From an uncultured Gemmatimonadales bacterium (GTDB lineage Bacteria; Gemmatimonadota; Gemmatimonadetes; Gemmatimonadales; GWC2-71-9), in assembly GCA_963771275.1 (NCBI GenBank), contig CAVYSW010000006.1, positions 160,001-224,000 of the forward strand: DNA of 64,000 bases, written 5' to 3'. A program made the position numbers and the translations under genes. This document shows positions 57,227 to 64,000 of the stretch, in pieces. The notes under the pieces were generated by a model. That model ran no database searches and had not been told where the DNA came from. It saw only the letters and a program-made list of their open reading frames with translations. How positions within the stretch are numbered: the first letter of the stretch is position 1; every line of letters starts with the position of its first letter.

Positions 57227-59235
57227 CCCAGCAACGCGCGCACGCGCTCGGCCACGACGGCACCGGTCAGGCCGAACTCCTCGTACAGTCGCTTGTAGGG
57301 GGCCGAGGCACCGAAGTGATCGAGGCCGACGACGTCGCCCTCCCCCACCCAGCGGTACCAGGGCTGCGGATGGGCCGCCTCGACGGCGACCCGTGCCGTA
57401 AGGGCGGGGGGCAGCACCCGATCGCGGTACGCCTGTGGCTGTGCCGCGAACAGCTCGAGGGACGGCATGCTCACCACCCGCGCGGCCACCCCGTCGGCCG
57501 CGAGCCGGCGCTGCGCGTCGAGCGCGATCTCCACCTCCGAGCCGCTCGCCATGATGATGGCCTTGGGACGCGTCGCGTCGGCCAGGACGTAGCCCCCCTG
57601 CAGCACACCCTCCGCCGACCCGAGCGCCGCGCGGTCCAGCACGGGAAGCCCCTGCCGCGTCAGCACGAGCGCCACCGGGCCGTCCCGGCGCTCGAGCGCG
57701 GCACGCCAGGCATACACCGTTTCGTTCGCGTCGGCCGGCCGGACCACGACCAGGCCGGGAACCGCGCGCAGCGCCGCGAGCATTTCGACCGGCTGGTGGG
57801 TCGGGCCATCTTCCCCCAGGCCGATCGAGTCGTGGGTGAACACGTAGATCACATGCCGGCCCATCATGGCGGCCAGCCGGATGCTCGGGCGCATGTAGTC
57901 CGAGAAGATCAGGAACGTGGCGCCGAACGGGATCAGGCCACCATGCAGCGACATGCCGTTGAGGATGCCGCCCATCGCGTGCTCCCGGATCCCGAACCGG
58001 AGATTGCGCGCCGTGCGGTTGGCCGCGGTGAAGTCTCCCGAGCCCTTGAGCAGGGTGTTCGTGGACGGCGCCAGGTCCGCCGAGCCGCCGATCAGTTCCG
58101 CGATGAGGGGCGCCACCGCCTGGAGCACGCGACCGGACGCGACCCGCGTCGCCAGCGCGCCGCCGTCGGGAGCAAAGGTAGGGAGCGCAGCCGCCCAGCC
58201 TTCCGGCAGGCGACCGGCGAGGCGTCGCTCCAGCTCGGCCGCCAGCTCCGGGTAGGCCTGGCGGTACGTCGCGTACCGCTGCTCCCAGACCAGCTGCAGG
58301 GCCTGGCCCCGCTCCGCCGCCTTGCGCCACTCCGTGAGGGCCTCCACCGGCACGAAGAACGGCTCCGCCGACGGCCAGCCGAGAGCTTCTTTCGTCAGGC
58401 GCACCTCCTCCGCACCCAGCGGCGAGCCGTGCGCCTCGGCCGTATCCTGCTTGTTCGGGCTGCCGAACGCGATGTGGGTCGTGACGATGACGAGAGACGG
58501 CCGCTCGGCTTCCGCCCTGGCCGCCACGATGGCCTGGTCGAGCGCCGCCAGGTCGTTCCCATCCGGCACGCGCAGCACGTGCCAGCCGTACGCCTCGAAC
58601 CGGGACGCGGCGTCGTCCGAGCATGCCAGGCTCGTGCCGCCCTCGATCGTGATGTGGTTGTCGTCGTAGAAGCCAACCAGCTTGCCCAGCTTCAGGTGGC
58701 CGGCGAGCGAGGCGGCCTCGTGCGAGATCCCTTCCATCAGATCGCCGTCGCTGGCGACGAAATAGGTCCGGTGGTTGATCACGTCTTCGCCGGGCCGGTT
58801 GAACAGCGCGCCGAGATGCGCTTCCGCGATCGCCATCCCCACGGCATTCGCCAGGCCCTGGCCGAGCGGGCCGGTCGTGGTCTCCACCCCGGGCGTATGC
58901 CCGAACTCGGGGTGCCCCGGGGTCAGGCTCTTCCATTGGCGGAACGCCCGCAGGTCGTCCAGGGTCACCGCGTAGCCCGTGAGGTAGAGCAGGCTGTAGA
59001 GCAGCATCGACGCGTGGCCCGCCGACAGCACGAAGCGGTCACGCCCCAGCCACCGCGGGTCGGCGGGATTGTGGCGCAGGTGCCGGGTCCAGAGCACGTA
59101 GGCCAGCGGCGCCAGACCCATCGGCGTACCGGGATGCCCCGAGTTCGCGGCCTGCACCGCGTCCATCGCCAGGACGCGAATGGCGTTGACGCAGAGGTCG
59201 TCGAGCGAGACGGCGCGATTAGCGGCTTCGGGCAT
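57223..59235 (-). CDS. tkt: Transketolase
   Basis: [36 protein letters not shown] and [15 protein letters not shown] motifs. Confidence 0.97.
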   Translation of the reverse strand: MPEAANRAVSLDDLCVNAIRVLAMDAVQAANSGHPGTPMGLAPLAYVLWTRHLRHNPADPRWLGRDRFVLSAGHASMLLYSLLYLTGYAVTLDDLRAFRQWKSLTPGHPEFGHTPGVETTTGPLGQGLANAVGMAIAEAHLGALFNRPGEDVINHRTYFVASDGDLMEGISHEAASLAGHLKLGKLVGFYDDNHITIEGGTSLACSDDAASRFEAYGWHVLRVPDGNDLAALDQAIVAARAEAERPSLVIVTTHIAFGSPNKQDTAEAHGSPLGAEEVRLTKEALGWPSAEPFFVPVEALTEWRKAAERGQALQLVWEQRYATYRQAYPELAAELERRLAGRLPEGWAAALPTFAPDGGALATRVASGRVLQAVAPLIAELIGGSADLAPSTNTLLKGSGDFTAANRTARNLRFGIREHAMGGILNGMSLHGGLIPFGATFLIFSDYMRPSIRLAAMMGRHVIYVFTHDSIGLGEDGPTHQPVEMLAALRAVPGLVVVRPADANETVYAWRAALERRDGPVALVLTRQGLPVLDRAALGSAEGVLQGGYVLADATRPKAIIMASGSEVEIALDAQRRLAADGVAARVVSMPSLELFAAQPQAYRDRVLPPALTARVAVEAAHPQPWYRWVGEGDVVGLDHFGASAPYKRLYEEFGLTGAVVAERVRALLG

Positions 59236-59327
59236 TGGGGACGCGATCCGGTTCTGGGCGTCGGAAAAATAGATCATGTGGCGGACCGGCGAAACGGCGA
59301 CCCGGACCCCTGGTTATTTTTCCCGGC

Positions 59328-62047
<2,720 letters not shown>

Positions 62048-62048
<1 letters not shown>

Positions 62049-62106
62049 GGAAACGTGAGAAGTGAAACGTGAAACGGCGCTCCACCCCGTTTCACGTTTC
62101 ACTCCC
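62048..62106. repeat. Inverted heptamer array (GTGAAAC)n / (GTTTCAC)n hairpin
   Basis: gggaaac-gtgagaa-gtgaaac-gtgaaac-gg ... cc-gtttcac-gtttcac-tccc. Confidence 0.8.
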
Positions 62107-62114
62107 GACCACCT

Positions 62115-62519
62115 GTGACGTTCGCCATCCCCGAGCACGAGCTCGAAATCCGCGCCACCCGGGCCGGTGGACCCGGCGGGCAGCACGTCAACAAGGCCTC
62201 CACCCGGGTCGAGGTCGTGTGGGACGTGGCAGCGAGCCCGAATCTCACGGAGGAACAGCGCGCGTTCCTGCTCGAGCGCCTGGCGTCGAGGCTCGACCGC
62301 CGCGGCCGTCTCCGCGTCGTGGCGGACGAGCACAGGAGCCAGCTCCGGAACCGCGAGGCGGCGCGTGAGCGGCTCGAGGCCCTCGTGGCCGGGGCGCTGC
62401 GACCGCGGAAGCGCCGCATTCCCACCAAGCCGACGGCGGCCTCGATGCAGCGCCGGCTCGACGAAAAGCGGCGGCGGACCACCCGCAAGCGCAGCCGAAA
62501 GCCCCCGGCGGAGGAGTAA
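62115..62519 (+). CDS. arfB: Alternative ribosome rescue factor B (peptidyl-tRNA hydrolase)
   Basis: GGPGGQHVNK, RSQLRNR and a basic C-terminal tail (PTKPT...KRR). Confidence 0.93.
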   Translation: MTFAIPEHELEIRATRAGGPGGQHVNKASTRVEVVWDVAASPNLTEEQRAFLLERLASRLDRRGRLRVVADEHRSQLRNREAARERLEALVAGALRPRKRRIPTKPTAASMQRRLDEKRRRTTRKRSRKPPAEE

Positions 62520-62528
62520 GGCACCAAG

Positions 62529-62599
62529 GCTGAGAAACGCAGAGGGGCAGAGATGATCCTCCATCCCTGCCCCTCTCCCCTTCTATCCCTCTCCTCAGC
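62529..62599. repeat. Inverted octamer-type array related to the one at 52646
   Basis: Shares agaggggcagagatga (62541-62556) with 52654-52669; flanked by gctgag/ctcagc. Confidence 0.65.
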
Positions 62600-64000
62600 T
62601 CAGTGCATCCCGCCAGGCGAGAGGTGCTTCACCAGCTCTCCGATCACGTGTTTCGCGTCGCCGAAGAGCATCCAGGTCTTCTCCGAAAAATAGAGCTCGT
62701 TGTCGATCCCGGCGAAGCCCGGGTTCTTGGACCGCTTGATCGCGAACACGGTGCGGGCCTTGTCCGCGGCGATGATCGGCATGCCGTAGATCGGGCATCC
62801 CTTGTCGTAGCGCGCGGCGGGGTTCACCACGTCGTTCGCCCCCACCACCAGGGCCACGTCGCACTGCGGCATGTCCGGGTTGATCTCGTCCATCTCGATG
62901 AGATCGGTGTACGGGATGTCCGCCTCCGCCAGCAGCACGTTCATGTGCCCCGGCATGCGGCCGGCCACCGGGTGAATCGCGAACTTCACCGTGATGCCGC
63001 GCTTCTTCAGTTGCTCGTACAGCTCCCGGACCTTGTGCTGCGCCTGCGCGACGGCCATCCCGTAGCCGGGGATGATGACCACCAGGCTCGCCTGCTCCAT
63101 GATCTGCGCGGCGCCTTCCACCGTTTCGGGCTTGTAGACCTTCTCCTCGCCGCTCGCCTTGGCCGGCTGCACCTGCCCGAAGGCGCCGAACAGCACGTTG
63201 GTGAAGGAGCGGTTCATCGCCTTGCACATGATGATGGACAGGATCAGGCCGCTCGAGCCGTCCAGCGCGCCCGCCGTGATCAGCAGCTTGTTGTCCAGCA
63301 CGAAGCCCATGGCCACGGCGGAGAGGCCGGCGTACGCGTTCAGGATCGCGATCACCGTCGGCATGTCCGCGCCGCCGATCGGGATGATCAGCATCACGCC
63401 GAACAAGAGCGCGATCCCGATGATCACCGGAAAGATCTTCGGCGCCATGGAGTCGCCGGGGTTGAGCACGAGCCAGACCCCGATGGCGACCGCGGCGAGC
63501 AGCGCCCCGATGTTCACCAGGTTCTGGCCGCGATACGTCACCGGGCGCTGCGGAATCCACTTGATTTCCTGGAGCTTGCCCGCCGCCATCAGGCTGCCCG
63601 TAAAGGTCAGGTAGCCCAGAATGATCTCGGCGATGATCGCGATCATCCGGAACTGCGTCAGGTTCTCCGGGCCCTCGCCGTACCACAGGTAGTACTTGGC
63701 GGTCCCCACCAGGCCGGCGGCGAGGCCGCCGAACGCGTGCGACAGCGCCGTTCGCTGCGGCACTGCCGTGAGCGGCACCAGCGCGAGCGGCCAGCCGACC
63801 GCGATGCCGACCAGAATGGGAATCACGACCCAGAGATGATGCACGACCACCGGCTCGGCCCACGTCGACAGCACGGCGATGAGCATCGCCGTGACGCCCG
63901 CGAACACGCCCCGCCGCGCGGTCTTCGGGTCGTTCATCCAGTGCAGCGAGAAGACGAACAGCACAGTCGCGATCAGGTAGGAGGCCTGCACGAAGGAGGA
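62600..64000 (-). CDS. pntB: NAD(P) transhydrogenase subunit beta (start lies beyond the window end)
   Basis: GGADMP.VI..LN.Y.G, MCKAMNRS, PGYGMAVAQAQH, HPVAGRMPGHMNVLLAEA and GANDVVNP motifs. Confidence 0.96.
   Translation of the reverse strand, partial: SSFVQASYLIATVLFVFSLHWMNDPKTARRGVFAGVTAMLIAVLSTWAEPVVVHHLWVVIPILVGIAVGWPLALVPLTAVPQRTALSHAFGGLAAGLVGTAKYYLWYGEGPENLTQFRMIAIIAEIILGYLTFTGSLMAAGKLQEIKWIPQRPVTYRGQNLVNIGALLAAVAIGVWLVLNPGDSMAPKIFPVIIGIALLFGVMLIIPIGGADMPTVIAILNAYAGLSAVAMGFVLDNKLLITAGALDGSSGLILSIIMCKAMNRSFTNVLFGAFGQVQPAKASGEEKVYKPETVEGAAQIMEQASLVVIIPGYGMAVAQAQHKVRELYEQLKKRGITVKFAIHPVAGRMPGHMNVLLAEADIPYTDLIEMDEINPDMPQCDVALVVGANDVVNPAARYDKGCPIYGMPIIAADKARTVFAIKRSKNPGFAGIDNELYFSEKTWMLFGDAKHVIGELVKHLSPGGMH

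Noticed and set aside
55661..58936. 1,091-aa ORF as a Tal-Pgi or Tkt-Pgi fusion
   Set aside because: The N-terminal part is an off-frame shadow of tkt. Pgi starts at the ATGA overlap at 57226, and no transaldolase motifs are seen.

Overview
Very GC-rich, gene-dense bacterial DNA. The gene repertoire (alternative complex III, GWxTD-type protein, pseudokinase-kinase, Ig-domain lipoproteins, tkt-pgi-rpiA) suggests Gemmatimonadota, but this is inference and no marker gene is present. From left to right: (1) 5' part of an alternative complex III operon (actA-actB-actC, minus strand). (2) A tightly coupled minus-strand operon: peptide-type ABC binding protein, GHMP kinase, heparinase II/III-like lyase, trmJ, class III aminotransferase and two amidohydrolases. 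It faces divergent ABC permeases, followed by a GH38 mannosidase. (3) Tandem pseudokinase-kinase, methyltransferase and nitrilase. (4) A GWxTD-like gene and a small lipoprotein, both broken by clustered +1 insertions. (5) Hydrolases, an ABC-2 exporter, YtcJ-like amidohydrolase, TauE and DUF1634-like genes. (6) An operon of PRTase-like protein, PIG-L, FbpABC-type transporter and MFS. (7) Acyl-CoA dehydrogenase. (8) A three-gene surface-lipoprotein locus: two paralogues share an N-terminal module, and one is an ~1,840-aa Ig-repeat protein with near-identical 690-bp tandem repeats. (9) Housekeeping genes: Cys/Met PLP enzyme, trxC, Tat-exported class V aminotransferase, SURF1, rpiA, pgi, tkt, acnA, arfB, pntB. 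No rRNA, tRNA, CRISPR or transposase was recognised. The most unusual signals are the modular lipoprotein locus, dispersed hairpins built from 7/8/9-mer tandem units (two apparently translated inside lipoprotein N-termini), the uncharacterised glycan-salvage operon, and TAnnTT boxes lying just upstream of start codons. All calls come from reading motifs by eye; no database search was run.
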